64,000 nt of DNA, taken from NCBI GenBank assembly GCA_964016885.1, contig OZ024766.1, positions 2,976,001-3,040,000 of the forward strand. The letters are read 5' to 3'. This document shows, one piece after another, positions 20,135 through 33,500 of this stretch (position 1 is the stretch's first letter; each line of letters begins with the position of its first letter). The notes beneath the pieces were generated by a model. That model saw nothing but the letters and a program-made list of their open reading frames with translations, did no database searches and was not told where the DNA came from. Source of the stretch: Eledone cirrhosa. Taxonomy: Eukaryota. Both the position numbers and the translations under genes were made by a program.

Positions 20135-21500
20135 AAATAGTTTTATCACCAGTGTGTGTTTCTGTCAGTCACAAAATATTTCCTACATGTTTCACTGGGG
20201 AAGGTCCTTTTTCTGCAGTCTGACTCTGTGGCCAACATGAGTAGAATTCTAAATAAAAGATGTCCAACATGTTTCACACTGGAAGTTTCTTTCCTCCAGT
20301 CTGAAGACATATATGTTTATTAAGTACCAAACTATCTGTAAAAGATTTCTCACATTTGTAACAATGAAAGGTTTTTCTCCAAAGTGTTCTTTTGTGTCTT
20401 TGTAACCATTTGTAATAAAACCTTTCCAATATATTTAAAGATATTATGTTTTTACTCCAGTGTGTGTTCTTTTGTGTAAATGACCATTTGTAACAAAATG
20501 TAAACCCCATATTTCTAAATGATATTGGTTTTCTCCAGTGTGTTCTTTGAAAAACACTGATTTTGACATAACATTTCCCACATTTTTAACAGTAATATGA
20601 TTTTTCATGTGTTGTTTTTTTTTGTCTTCAAATGATTGTTTTTCATGAAAGATTACCCACACATTTCATAGTGGCAAAGTTTTTTCCTCCAGTGTCGAAC
20701 AAAATGAGAATTTCAAGTGAACATATTACCACATATTTCATAGTGATGTTGTTTGTCTCCAGTGTGTTTGTTTGTTCTTATTTAAATCACTGCACCTGAT
20801 GAAATATTTCTCACATATTTCACAATTGAAGTGTTTGTTCTTTTGTGAACATTTAAACTCCTGTTTTCAAGAAAACATTACTCACACATTTCACAATGAT
20901 AGGGTTTTTCTCCAGTCTTACTACGTATGTCTCCAACAAGATGAGAATTTTAGTGTATTAAATTTCAGTGATGTTGTTTGTTCCCAGTGTGTTTATTTAT
21001 GTTTATTTAAATCACAGCAACTCACACATTTCACAACGGAAGTGTTTTTCTCCAGTGTCACTATGTATATTGTCAAAAAGATTAGATTTACTAATGAAAG
21101 ACTTATTATATAGTGATATTGATTCTCTCCAATGTGTGTACTTTTGTGAACAATTAAATGAGAGCTACAGCCAAAACATTTCCTACATATTTCACAACGG
21201 AAAGGTTTTTTTTCCAGTGTGTTCTTTTATGTACTGTTAAATCACTGCTTTTAATAAAAGGTTTATCACATACTGCACAATGATAGGGATTTTTCTCCAG
21301 TGTGACATCATATATATCTGTAATTCTGAGTGAAAGATTTCCCACATATTTCACAGTGATAGGGTTTGTCTTTAATATGTATGTGTTTGTGTGTAGATAC
21401 TTCATCTTCTGATGAGAATGTTTTCCAACAAATCTCACAGCTATATTCAGAAATATTTCTATCTAATAATTCTTGTTCAGTACATTTCATTGTGGTAGGG
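20135..21500 (-). pseudogene. Fossil finger array 3' of the family-A gene, paralogous to 555-2085
   Basis: Collinear with 555-2085; includes [34 protein letters not shown]. Confidence 0.85.
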
Positions 21501-22952
21501 TTATTCCCCAGTGTGAATACGTATATGATTATTAAGTATCCAACTCTCACAAAAAGATTTCCCACATATTTCACAATGGAAGGGTTTCTTTCCAGTGTGT
21601 GTTCTTTTATGTCTATTTAAATGACTCCTTGTAACAAAATATTTCCCACATATTTCACAATGGAAGGGTTTCTTTCCAGTGTGTGTACTTTTGTGTGCAG
21701 GCAAACTAGAGCTTTGGAGAAAAGATTTCCCACATATTTCACAATGGAAGGGTTTCTCTCCAGTGTGTGTTCTTTTGTGTGCAGTTAAAGTAGAGCTTTG
21801 GAGAAAATATTTCCCACATATTTCACAATGGAAGGGTTTCTCTCCAGTGTGTGTTCTTTTGTGTATAGTTAAAGTGATCTTCATAACAAAATATTTCCCA
21901 CATATTTCACAATGGAAGGGTTTCTCTCCAGTGTGTGTTCTTTTGTGTATATTTAAAGTGCTCCTCCTAACAAAATATTTCCCACATATTTCACAAAGGA
22001 AGGGTTTCTCTCCAGTGTGTGTTCTTATGTGTCTCGATAAATCGCTGTTACACACAAAAGATTTCCCACATATTTCACAATGGAAGTGTTTCTCTCCAGT
22101 GTGTGTACTTTTGTGTTTAGTCAAATTAGAGCTATGGACAAAAGATTTCCCACATATTTCACAAAGGAAGGGTTTCTCTCCAGTGTGTGTTCTTATGTGT
22201 CTCAATAAATCGATGTTACACACAAAAGATTTCCCACATATTTCACAACGGAAGGGTTTTTCCCCAGTGTGACTACGTATGTGGTTAACAAGATGGATTT
22301 TCTGAGTGAAACATTTCCCACATATATCACAATGGAAGGGTTTCTCTCCAGTGTGACTACGTATATGATTATTAAGTATCCAACTCTCAGGAAAAGATTT
22401 CCCACATATTTCACAATGGAAGGGTTTCTCTCCAGTGTGACTACGTATGTGGTTAACAAGATGGGATTTCTGAGTGAAAGATTTCCCACATATTTCACAA
22501 TGGAAGGGTTTTTCTCCTGTGTGTGTTCTTTTGTGTCGTGACAGAGTAGAGCTACCACCAAAATATTTCCCACATATTTCACATTTGAAGGGTTTCTCTC
22601 CTGTGTGTGTTCTTTTGTGTTGCAACAGAGTAGAACTACGACCAAAAGATTTCCCACATATTTCACATTTGAAGGGTTTCTCTCCTCTGTGTCTACATAA
22701 ATCACGGTTACAGACAAAAGATTTCCCACATGTCTCACAGTGTTTGTGTTTGTGAGCAGATAATTCATCTTCTGATGAGAAAGTTTTCCTACAAACCCCA
22801 CAGCTATATTCAGGAATATTTCTGTGTAATGATCCTTGTTCAGTACATGTTTCACTAGGTAACGGTTTCTCACCACTGTATGTCTGTGTAACTGTATCTA
22901 TATTGGTAGAAACAGGTGTGGTAGAAATGTCCAAGGGTTTAACGTCTTCCAT
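21501..22952 (-). CDS. Poly-C2H2 zinc-finger protein, family A, 16 fingers (the second lacks its last His)
   Basis: ATG of MEDVKP is at 22952. The longer ORF-track leader runs through the conserved non-coding 5' block from a non-ATG start. Confidence 0.9.
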   Translation of the reverse strand: MEDVKPLDISTTPVSTNIDTVTQTYSGEKPLPSETCTEQGSLHRNIPEYSCGVCRKTFSSEDELSAHKHKHCETCGKSFVCNRDLCRHRGEKPFKCEICGKSFGRSSTLLQHKRTHTGEKPFKCEICGKYFGGSSTLSRHKRTHTGEKPFHCEICGKSFTQKSHLVNHIRSHTGEKPFHCEICGKSFPESWILNNHIRSHTGEKPFHCDICGKCFTQKIHLVNHIRSHTGEKPFRCEICGKSFVCNIDLLRHIRTHTGEKPFLCEICGKSFVHSSNLTKHKSTHTGEKHFHCEICGKSFVCNSDLSRHIRTHTGEKPFLCEICGKYFVRRSTLNIHKRTHTGEKPFHCEICGKYFVMKITLTIHKRTHTGEKPFHCEICGKYFLQSSTLTAHKRTHTGEKPFHCEICGKSFLQSSSLPAHKSTHTGKKPFHCEICGKYFVTRSHLNRHKRTHTGKKPFHCEICGKSFCESWILNNHIRIHTGE

Positions 22953-23390
22953 TGTAATTCTTGAAGAATTCTTAAAACTCGAGAAGAGGTATGACAATGT
23001 ACGAGTGATTTGGGGTAATAAATGGTCCTCTATGTACTTATATATATATGATCGGGTGTGTATCGATGTATATAGGAGCAGTCCTAACAAATCCGGTTTA
23101 CCACGGAGTGTAGAAAAGTACACAATATCTGCTGTGTTAACAATACAAATAATACGTACTTTATATTTCAAGTCCAAGTGTAAAGTCAAGAAAGACCAGG
23201 AAAGCTAATTGTTCAGATGTTGGTGATTTAAACCTATTTCTCACTGTCCTGTAAAATGTGGAGCAACCAATTCACGATGTGGCGTAGTTTCTCATGAAAT
23301 GAGATATTTAATCATGTAGGAGATGGAACACCTACCCTGGAACATGTAGCTCACTCTATGTTATCTACAGAATATTAACTTTCACTTTAA

Positions 23391-23947
23391 CCCTTTAATG
23401 TTCAAACCGGCCAGAATTCTCTACCTCTTTCTGTTGAAACTGGCTGTAACTGGTTGCTCAAACTGATGTTAAGGTATTGTTCTCAAAATAAATACTTTCA
23501 AAATCTCATAGATTCGATATTATGTGAGGTAAAGCCTTTACTGTGACAATACAATAGTATATATAGAGTAATGTAAATGTTATATGAGATATTATGTGAG
23601 GTAAAGCCTTTACTGTGACAATACAATAGTATATATAGAGTAATGTAAATGTTATGCGAGATATTATGTGAGGTAAAGCCTTTACTGTGACAATACAATA
23701 GTATATATAGAGTAATGTAAATGTTATGTGAGATATTATGTGAGGTAAAGCCTTTACTGTGACAATACAATAGTATATATAGAGTAATGTAAATGTTATG
23801 TGAGATATTATGTGAGGTAAAGCCTTTACTGTGACAATACAATAGTATATATAGAGTAATGTAAATGTTATGTGAGATATTATGTGAGGTAAAGCCTTTA
23901 CTGTGAAAATACAATAGTATATATAGAGTAATGTGAATGCTAAACGG
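23391..23947. mobile_element. piggyBac-type non-autonomous element (MITE) with TTAA target-site duplication
   Basis: TTAA|CCCTTTAATGTTC ... GAATGCTAAACGG|TTAA. Paralogous empty sites carry a single TTAA (CACTTTAACATG near 4165 and 8710). Confidence 0.9.
23516..23934. repeat. 72-bp minisatellite, ~5.8 copies, inside the piggyBac MITE
   Basis: GATATTATGTGAGGTAAAGCC recurs every 72 bp, giving 24-aa periodicity in a spurious ORF. Confidence 0.95.
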
Positions 23948-24289
23948 TTAACATGAAATAATTACAACACACGTTATAATTAGATTAATAAAATAATGAC
24001 AGGGACGCGTTGTCGTTGACAATGTTTCTCTTTCCGGTTTGTGACCGGTGTCATACGTTAAAAGTCCCTGACATCATTTAATACATTTAGGAACACCTTC
24101 AGTTATATCAATTCACTCCATCAATTGTATCCAACCCAAGGTAAAAGCAACAATGTCACCCAGTAATATATAATAACAACATATCAACGAGGGAGTGTCT
24201 TACCTTTCTACTTAACCTGTTAGAAATAGCAGCCAAATCACATTCTACTGTCTTAAAACAAGGGAATAACACATTCGGCAGTTTAGTCG

Positions 24290-24508
24290 TAGTGATCTTT
24301 ACATAAAGAATTCTCACCACTTCTACTCATACATTAAGATATGTAGATATGTTTAATAGATGCTATGTAGTCTAATATACAAAGGGTCCATAAAGACTGC
24401 AGAACTCAGCTTTCTTCTTCTACGAAGTTGTAATGTAGCATTTAGTTGGTACAAGTAATAAGACATATGTCAGCATAAGACTGATCTTGGATGAAGAAAA
24501 AACAAGTG

Positions 24509-24543
<35 letters not shown>

Positions 24544-24800
24544 GATTATATATATAGGTTATTATAGGTGAATATTCCACTATTATTTTTGCTGAGGTGA
24601 GAGAAGCTCTATTTACAATAAAATCCTCAGCTCATAAAACAAACGAAGTCTTTGTAATTTAAGTTTCTTGTTATTGACGACAGTTCAGGTGACAAGAGAA
24701 TTAATATACATAATTTCAAAAGATGAAGGTTAATATATATACATATATATACAGACATACAGTGTATAAGTATGAGAGAGAGAAATAAATAGACATGTGT
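24290..24800 (-). pseudogene. Orphan 5' leader of a family-B ZNF gene whose CDS has been deleted
   Basis: Matches 30595-31070 (upstream of the 29235-30587 gene) but abuts family-A flank instead of an ATG. Confidence 0.7.
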
Positions 24801-24959
24801 GACCAAAAAAGTCAGGGGCAAATGTTGTGAGAGCTTAACTCAAATCACTAAGTCTGGAAGAGGAGATGACAAAGGAACACATCTAGTGGAAAGATGTCAT
24901 GCTAAGAAGGACCCGTCCAACCCATGCAAGTATGGAAAAGTAGATGCAATGGGGATGAT

Positions 24960-25670
24960 ACACAAAATATACACTATACATATATACATATAAATACTAT
25001 GTATATAGTATATGTGCCTCATATATACTATATATATAAATAATAGGTATATAGTGTATGTGCTACATATACACAATATATATAAATAATATGTATATAG
25101 TGTATGTGCTACATATACACAATATATACACTATATATATATACAAATAATATGTATATAGTGTATGTGCTACATATACACAATATATACACTATATATA
25201 TATACAAATAATATGTATATAGTGTATGTGCTACATATACACAATATATACACTATATATATATACAAATAATATGTATAGATACACTATATATATATAC
25301 AAATAATATGTATATAGTGTATGTGCTACATATACACAATATATACACTATATATATATACAAATAATATGTATATAGTGTATGTGTTACATATACACAA
25401 TATATACACTATATATATATATAAATAATATGTATATAGTGTATGTGCTACATATACACAATATATACACTATATATATATACAAATAATATGTATATAG
25501 TGTAAGTGCTACATATACACAATATATATATATATATATATAAATACTATGTATATAGTGTACGTGCTACATATACACACTATATATATATACTGCATAT
25601 ATATAGAGTATATGCTACATATAGACAATATATAAACTATATATATACTACATACACATTATATATAATG
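24960..25670. repeat. TA-rich minisatellite (~55-60 bp unit); shorter paralog at ~48995-49290
   Basis: Repeated TATAGTGTATGTGCTACATATACACAATATATACAC. Confidence 0.9.
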
Positions 25671-26790
25671 TTGTCCAAGGGAATAGCTGAAACAGCTTGG
25701 CACCAATGACATCATAGATCATCATTTAATGTCTACTTTTCCTGCTAGCAAGGGTGGGATAGGTCTTCACAAACCAGGGTGTAGTGGAGACCACATTCTA
25801 CTGAGTGTATTTTATTGTGGCACCAGTACCAAAGAGGTTGTCATGTCTTTGACAGAACTGAAGGGTCCAACCAAACCTTTGTTTTATCATGAGAATCTTG
25901 TAATGTATTTTCAGATGTGAATTATATCTAAAAAAAAGGTCATAATTTGAACTGTCATGAAAGTACCATCCAACAAATATTAAAGTTATAAAATTGTTTT
26001 TATTTACACATAAATGTGGATACTTTGTCATAAATATAAATAAAAACCAGTTAAGGTTTATAAAATAAACGCATCAATGTTTTTAGTTGTTTTTTTTTAA
26101 ATGATCGAGTTGTAAGGGTGTCACTGGACATTTGAAGCTTGGTGGAGCCCTTCACTCACCAGGTTAGAACAGGTGATTTCTTCCAGACAGAATGGATGAA
26201 AGGCGAAGTTGACCTCAGCAGCATTTAAAATCAGAGAACAAATATGGTGGAAAGCATTCCATCCATTGTTTTATAGTCTTTAAATAAATGTTTCTACTTT
26301 TAAATCAACCCCAGTACATTACTGGTACTTTTTTAAACCCAGAACATAATGGGCTGTAACTATATGACACACAGATTGTTGTCCGACGCTCTACAGATTC
26401 TGCCAATCCACCACCCTCAGCAATAAAATGAGATTGTGTCTCTATAAGAAACCTTAATGACAAATAACATGAAGTAGAACTTTCTACGGGGTGTATTTGT
26501 GGATTACAATACAACACCTCTGAGAATAATTTCCAACATATTTCACCATAATAAATGTTCATTAATATATATTGTTATTTTGTGGCATTCTTGAGATCCT
26601 TAATCCCTAGCCATCTGATCTATGTAGGTCATTTCCAGTCATCCCACTAGGGTCTTATTATGTTAAGGTATCCACCACAGGAGCCAGCTGATCCATTCTT
26701 CGGTAGAAATGCCTGACATATCATGTCCTCCGCTCGCTAGTCATTGTGGTAATCTTCAATATATGGTAGTATATTTCTTGTTTGATTGAG

Positions 26791-26830
<40 letters not shown>

Positions 26831-26871
26831 ATTAGAATACTGGAGCGTGTTTGAGTCAAACATATATATAT

Positions 26872-27205
26872 ATGGCTTAGTGGTAAGAGCATTGGCCTTG
26901 CAATCGAAAGGTTGTGAGTTCAATTCTCAGAACAGGTGATGTGTTGTTTCCTTGAGCAAGACACTTTATTTCACATTGCTCCGGTTTACTCAGCTGTAGA
27001 AATGAGATGATAGGGACTGGGGTCCATATCATTCCACTGCAAAGTGGTCGTGGAGGTGCCACGGAAAAAAGGCACCCAGCACTCACTGTAAATGAGGTTG
27101 GTGTTAGGAAGGGCATCCAGCTGTAGAGATCAAGCCAGAATCAGTTCCCATCCCACCCTTGCAAGCAGGGAAAGAGGGGACGTAAAATGAAATGATGATG
27201 ATGAT
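26872..27205 (+). mobile_element. tRNA-derived SINE, family 2, with CORE-like body and RTE-type 3' tail (5' part also at ~55243-55360)
   Basis: A box TGGCTTAGTGG, B box GAGTTCAATTC and CCTTGAGCAAGACACT. The tail CCCACCCTTGCAAGCAGGGAAA..GGACGTAAAATG followed by GAT repeats matches the LINE 3' end at 63228-63280. Confidence 0.85.
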
Positions 27206-27667
27206 ATAGATGTGTATGAAGGATGCCAGCTGCATTAAAAGGTGCAGAGCACTAAAAGTCGATGACACAGGACCGTGACCTCTCATGTCATGCAGTAATA
27301 CAGAAGACCCAACCCCCCACGGGTACAAGCCGAAGCTGAAGCATATAGACAATATGCTCCCACCCCCACCCACTGCAAAGTGGTCGAGGAGGTGTCACGA
27401 CAAAAAAGCACGCAGCCCACACTGTAAAGTGTTGGCGCCATGGTAAAAAAAGCACCCAGCACTCACTGTAAATGAGGTTGGTATTAGGAAGGGCATCAAG
27501 CTGTAGAACTCGAGCCAAAATCAGTTCCCGTATGAGCAAGAATGGACGTAAAACGGTGATGATGATGATAAGTATAAGATAAGGATTTTTCAAGCTTCAC
27601 ATTTTATATTCGTCCTTCCAGAGTGTGTCTGTATACTTGTGTGTTTCACATTTCCCAGTGATGGGGT

Positions 27668-28314
<647 letters not shown>

Positions 28315-28362
28315 ATTTCTAGCTAGTGATCTTTACAAAAAGGATTCTCACCACTTTTACTT

Positions 28363-28670
28363 ATCATCATTTCATTTTACGTCCGCTTTTCCCTGCTTGC
28401 AAGGGTGGGACGGGAATTGATTCTGGCTTGATTTCTACAGCTGGATGCCCTTCCTAACACCAACCTCATTTACAGTGAGTGCTGAGTGCTTTTTTTTTCT
28501 GTGACGCCTACACGACCACTTTACAGTGTGGGCGGGATGCTTTTTTGCCGTTGCACCTCCACGACCACTTTGCAGTGGAATAATAGGGACCCCAGTCCCT
28601 ATCATCTCATTTCTACAGCTGAGTGAACTGGAGCAATGTGAAATAAAGTGTCTTACTCAAGGAAACAACA
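28363..28670 (-). mobile_element. SINE family 2, 5'-truncated, inverted relative to 26872-27205
   Basis: Reverse complement matches ~26940-27203. Confidence 0.85.
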
Positions 28671-29234
28671 AATGTAGATATGGTTAATAGATACCATGTA
28701 GTCTAATATACAGAGCGTCCATAAAATACTGCAGGATGCAGCTTTCTTCAACAAAGTTGTAATGTAGAATTCAGTTGGTACAAGTAATTGGTTTACAAAC
28801 AATTTGGCTGACGATCGGCCTACAGGAATGAATTAGGTTTGCGAACCAAGATTCCTGTGTGTATATAAATACACTGAAGAGGTCACAGTGTGACGAAAGA
28901 ACTTTGACAATATATGAACAATCGTCTGGTTGTGGAACCAACCAACCAACTGGAAATTTATAAATTTAATTTATAATAAATTGAAGTGAAAGCAACTGGT
29001 GCGTGTGTTTCTTATTGGCAACATGACCCTCCCAAAGTATAACAATATCGGTTTCAACACGTTTTCAGATAAAAAATCTTGCTAAACAAATTCAGAAACG
29101 AAATATATATATATATATACTTCAACATGTAAGAGTAGGATTTATCTTCAACATGTAAGAGTAGGATTTATCACATTTACATTTTTTATTCCAGTGTGTG
29201 TGTGTGCGTGTTTCATATTTCTCAGTGATGGCGT

Positions 29235-30587
29235 TTAACACTTGTGTTGACTACGTTTGTGAACAACCAGTGAAGATTTCCAAGTGAAAAATTTCCCACA
29301 TATTTCACATGAATAAGGTTTTTCTCCTGTGTGTATTCTTTTGTGAAGTACAAGATGGAACTTCTGAGTGAAAGATTTCCCACATATTTCACATGAATAA
29401 GGTTTTACTCCAGTGTGGGTTGTTTTATGTGTTTTCATGACACTGTTGGTGACAAAAGATTTCCCACATATTTCACAGTGGAAGGGTTTTTCTCCAGTAT
29501 GACTTCGTATGTGGATGACTAGATAAGAATTATGAATGAAAGATTTCCCACATATTTCACAGTGGTAGGGCGTTTCTCCACTGTGTACTCTGTTATGTAT
29601 TTTCAAGCCACTGTTGGAGACAAAATATTTCCCACATATTTCACAGTGGAAGGGTTTTTCTCCAGCGTGACTCCTTATATGGATTACAAGATGAAATTTC
29701 ACAGTAAAACATTTCCCACATATTTCACATGAATAAGGTTTGTGTTCTGCAGTGTGAGTTATTCTATGTTTTCTCAAGCTACTGTTGGAGACAAAAAATT
29801 TCCCACATGTTTTACAGTGGTAGGGTTTTTCTCCAGTGTGACTCCGTTTATGGATTACAAGATTTGAATTAACAGTGAAAGATTTCCCACATGTTTCACA
29901 TTGGAAGAATTTTTCTCCAGTGTGTGTTATTGTATGTGTTGTTAAATTACTGTTAGTGGCAAAAGATTTCCCACATATTTCACATGAATAAGGCTTTTCT
30001 CCTGTGTGTATTCGTTTGTGATCTACAAGAGAAGAACCATGAAAAAAAGATTTCCCACATATTTCACATGAATAAGGTTTTTCTCCAGTGTGACTCCGTA
30101 TGTGGGCAACAAGCTGAGAATTCTGAGTGAAAGATTTACCACATGTTTCACAGTGGTAGGGTTTTTCTCCAGTATGTGTTATTACATGTGTTGTTAAATT
30201 ACCATTAGTGGCAAAAGATTTACCACATATTTCACAGTGGAAGGGTTTTTCTCCAGTGTGACTCCGCATATGGGTAACAAGATTAGAATTATTTGTGAAA
30301 GATTTTCCACATATTTCACAATGGAAGGGTTTTTCTCCAGTGTGACTCCGTATGTGGGTGACAAGCTGAGAATTCTGAGTGAAAGATTTCCCACACGTTT
30401 CACAGTGGTAGGGTTTTTCTCCAGTGTGACTCCGCATGTGGATAACAAGAATAGAATTATGAGTAAAAGATTTCCCACATGTTTCACAACGGAAGGGTTT
30501 TTCTCTACTGTGTATTTTCTTGTGTGAGGATAGTTTCAGTTTTGAAGAGAAAGTTTTCCTGCAAATCTCACAGCTATATTGAGACAT
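29235..30587 (-). CDS. Poly-C2H2 zinc-finger protein, family B, 16 fingers; close paralog of 15902-17506
   Basis: 450-aa ORF, collinear with the 534-aa paralog minus 84 aa. Confidence 0.93.
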   Translation of the reverse strand: MSQYSCEICRKTFSSKLKLSSHKKIHSREKPFRCETCGKSFTHNSILVIHMRSHTGEKPYHCETCGKSFTQNSQLVTHIRSHTGEKPFHCEICGKSFTNNSNLVTHMRSHTGEKPFHCEICGKSFATNGNLTTHVITHTGEKPYHCETCGKSFTQNSQLVAHIRSHTGEKPYSCEICGKSFFHGSSLVDHKRIHTGEKPYSCEICGKSFATNSNLTTHTITHTGEKFFQCETCGKSFTVNSNLVIHKRSHTGEKPYHCKTCGKFFVSNSSLRKHRITHTAEHKPYSCEICGKCFTVKFHLVIHIRSHAGEKPFHCEICGKYFVSNSGLKIHNRVHSGETPYHCEICGKSFIHNSYLVIHIRSHTGEKPFHCEICGKSFVTNSVMKTHKTTHTGVKPYSCEICGKSFTQKFHLVLHKRIHTGEKPYSCEICGKFFTWKSSLVVHKRSQHKC

Positions 30588-33500
30588 ATTTCTAGCTAGA
30601 GATCTTTATATAAATGATTCTCACCACTTCTACTCATACATTAAGAAACGTAGATATCATTAATAGATACTATGTAGTCTAAGATACAATGATTCCATAA
30701 AAGATTGCAGAACTCAGCTTTCTTCTTCTACAAAGTTGTAATGTAGCATTTAGTTGGTACATATCGTAAGACTCATCGGAGATGAAGAAAAAGCAAGTGG
30801 TAATAAATATATTAAAAGTAATATTAATTATTGTCGAATATTCCACTATTATTTTTGCTAAGGTGAGAGAAGCTCTATTCACAATAACATCCTCAGCTCA
30901 TAAAACAAACAAATAAGTCTTCGTAATTTAAGGTTCTTGTTATTGACGACAGTTCAGGTGACGAGAGAATAAATATCCATAATTTCAAAACATGGAGGTT
31001 AATATATATACACATATATATACACAGACATACAGTGTGTACGTATGAGAGAGAAATAGACGTGTGTGTGTGTAGAAATATGTGTGTACGAGTTGTAATA
31101 AAATGAAGATAGTTAAAAAGTTCACAATGTTTGTGTTGTGATGAAAAAGGAAATAATACGAACTTTAGTTTTCAAGACCAAATATAAAGTCAAGAAAAGT
31201 TAGTAAAAACTAAATGTTCACTGATTTCTGATTAAAATAATATTTTCCTGTCCCGGAAAATGTTGAACAACAACTTCAATATTTAATAATACAGGTGATA
31301 AAACAACAACTATAAGGTAAATAAGTCACCTTATGTTATTTACAAACATTAACGTCCACCTTAATATGAAATAATCACCATAAAAGATAAAATTAGATGA
31401 GGTTTAAGTTGTAACAATGGAGCTGATATAAATGGTAATATTTCACTGTCTAGTTGACACCGGTGTCATGACTTAAAAGTCCCCCCACATAATTTAATAC
31501 ATTCAGAAACAACTTCCGTTATGTTAATTCCCACGTTCAGTCAATATGCTAGTAATTTATTCAGATTTGTATAAATAACATTATTAATTTATATAACTGT
31601 TCATATTAAAACAAAACACATTATTAAAGGTAATAAAACATTTAAAAAATTGAAATGAAAAGATGAAAAACATGAGAGGCCTGTGGAATGATGTGTCTTG
31701 CTTAAGGACACAATGTACCTACCTGAAATGTTAGCAAATAAATAAATGAATGAATGGATGAATATACAAAAAAGAAAACAGGGCGTTGTTCCCAGCGGGT
31801 AGACCCAGAGTTCAGCACGCACACATGCGAGCATGTTAGCAGTTTCTCTTAGAACCTTGTGGCTAAAGGTGAGCCTCGCAATCGTGTTATTGTCACAGAT
31901 GATGGAGTTGGCTTCCTCTTGTTAATGGTAGTGTTTGCTGGGAAGTTGTTGGTGTATACACATATGTGTTATTGCTGTGAATGTCACTGCTTTCCTCTTG
32001 TTGATGGTGTTGGTAGTTAAAACTGCTACCTATTCAGGCTGCCAGGCTGGTTGCTGGGCCTCGAACACCTTCTTTAACGGAAGATGTGGGGTCGTTGTTG
32101 TTGTTGTCACTGTTTCTGTCGCTGCCTTCCTCTTGTGAATGGTAGTGATAATTGTTGGTGCTACCTATGTCGGCTGTCAAGCTGGCTGCTGTATCAGCTT
32201 CTGTGAGTGACGCTCCAATGGCCTTCTTGACCAAAGATGCAGGTCAATAGCTTTTGGCATCGTTTGGCAACACAACGGCAAATAAATATATTCTCTATTT
32301 TTTTTTTCTTTCTTTCTAATCCGATTCAATATCATCAATTGGAAAGACCAATGGAAACATTGTTTCCTTGGTCCAATCTGATGAGTTCCACTCCACTTGG
32401 TAAGTATGAACTACGATGTTGTTGTGTGTGTGTGCAGGGTGATGTGTTGTTGTGTGTATGTTGTGTAAAGAGGAAATTTTACACACATAGGACCTAGAAG
32501 GGGTGTGTAAGGACTCTACCCCCTACAACGCTCTCAGAAATAAATGGCTGAAGAAAAAGAGAAGAAAGTTGTAAAGTATTTTCAAATGTGAATTATTTTA
32601 TTAAAAAGTCAAAATTTCAACTGTCATGAAAGTACCATCCAACAAATATTAAAGTTATGCAATTGTTTTTATTTACACGTGGATATTTTGTCATAAATAT
32701 AAATATAAACCAGTTAAGGTTTACAAAATAAACACATATAAACATCAATGTTTTTTTTTTAAATGATGTAGTCGTAAGGGTGTCACTGTGGACATTTGAA
32801 GCTTGGTGGAGTCCTTCACTTTCCAGGTTGGAACAGTTTATTTCTTCCAGAGAAGGAGAGACAATAAGAGGGAGGAAGTGAGATAGAAATATAGAGGAAG
32901 AACAGACCCCAGTGATAGACTGGTATTTTTTTTTATCAACCTTGAATGGATGAAAGAAAGTTGACCTCAGCAGGATTTAAACTCAGAGAGCAGAGAACCA
33001 GGATAAATATGGCAGAAAGCATTATATCTATTGTTTTATAGACTTTAAATAAATGTTTCTACTTTTGACTCAAGGCCAGCAATTTGAAGAGAAAGGGGAA
33101 TGCCAATTAAGTCAGGCCCAGTGCATTACTGTTAGTGTTTTTTATCAACCTTGAATGGATGAAAGTCAAAGTTGACCATGGCATGATTTAAACCCAGAAC
33201 ATAAAGGACTGTAACTTTATGACACAAAGCATGTCGTATGACACTCTTCTGATTCTGCAAATCCACCACTCTCAACGATGAAATGAGATTGTTTCTCTGT
33301 AAGAGCCCTTAATGACAAATAATATGAAGGGGGTACTTTCTACAGGGTGTATTTGTTAATTACAATACAAAACATCTGAGAATGATTTCCAACATATTTC
33401 ACCATAATAAATGTTCATCAATATATATTATTATTATTTTCTGCTAGCATGTGTAGTGTGTATATTGATATTATACGCAGGTATATATATATACATGTAG

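Noticed and set aside
23498-23914. 138-aa repeat protein ORF
   Set aside because: Translation of the 72-bp minisatellite inside a MITE.
26872-26935. tRNA gene
   Set aside because: A and B boxes are present, but there is no complete cloverleaf and it continues into a SINE body.
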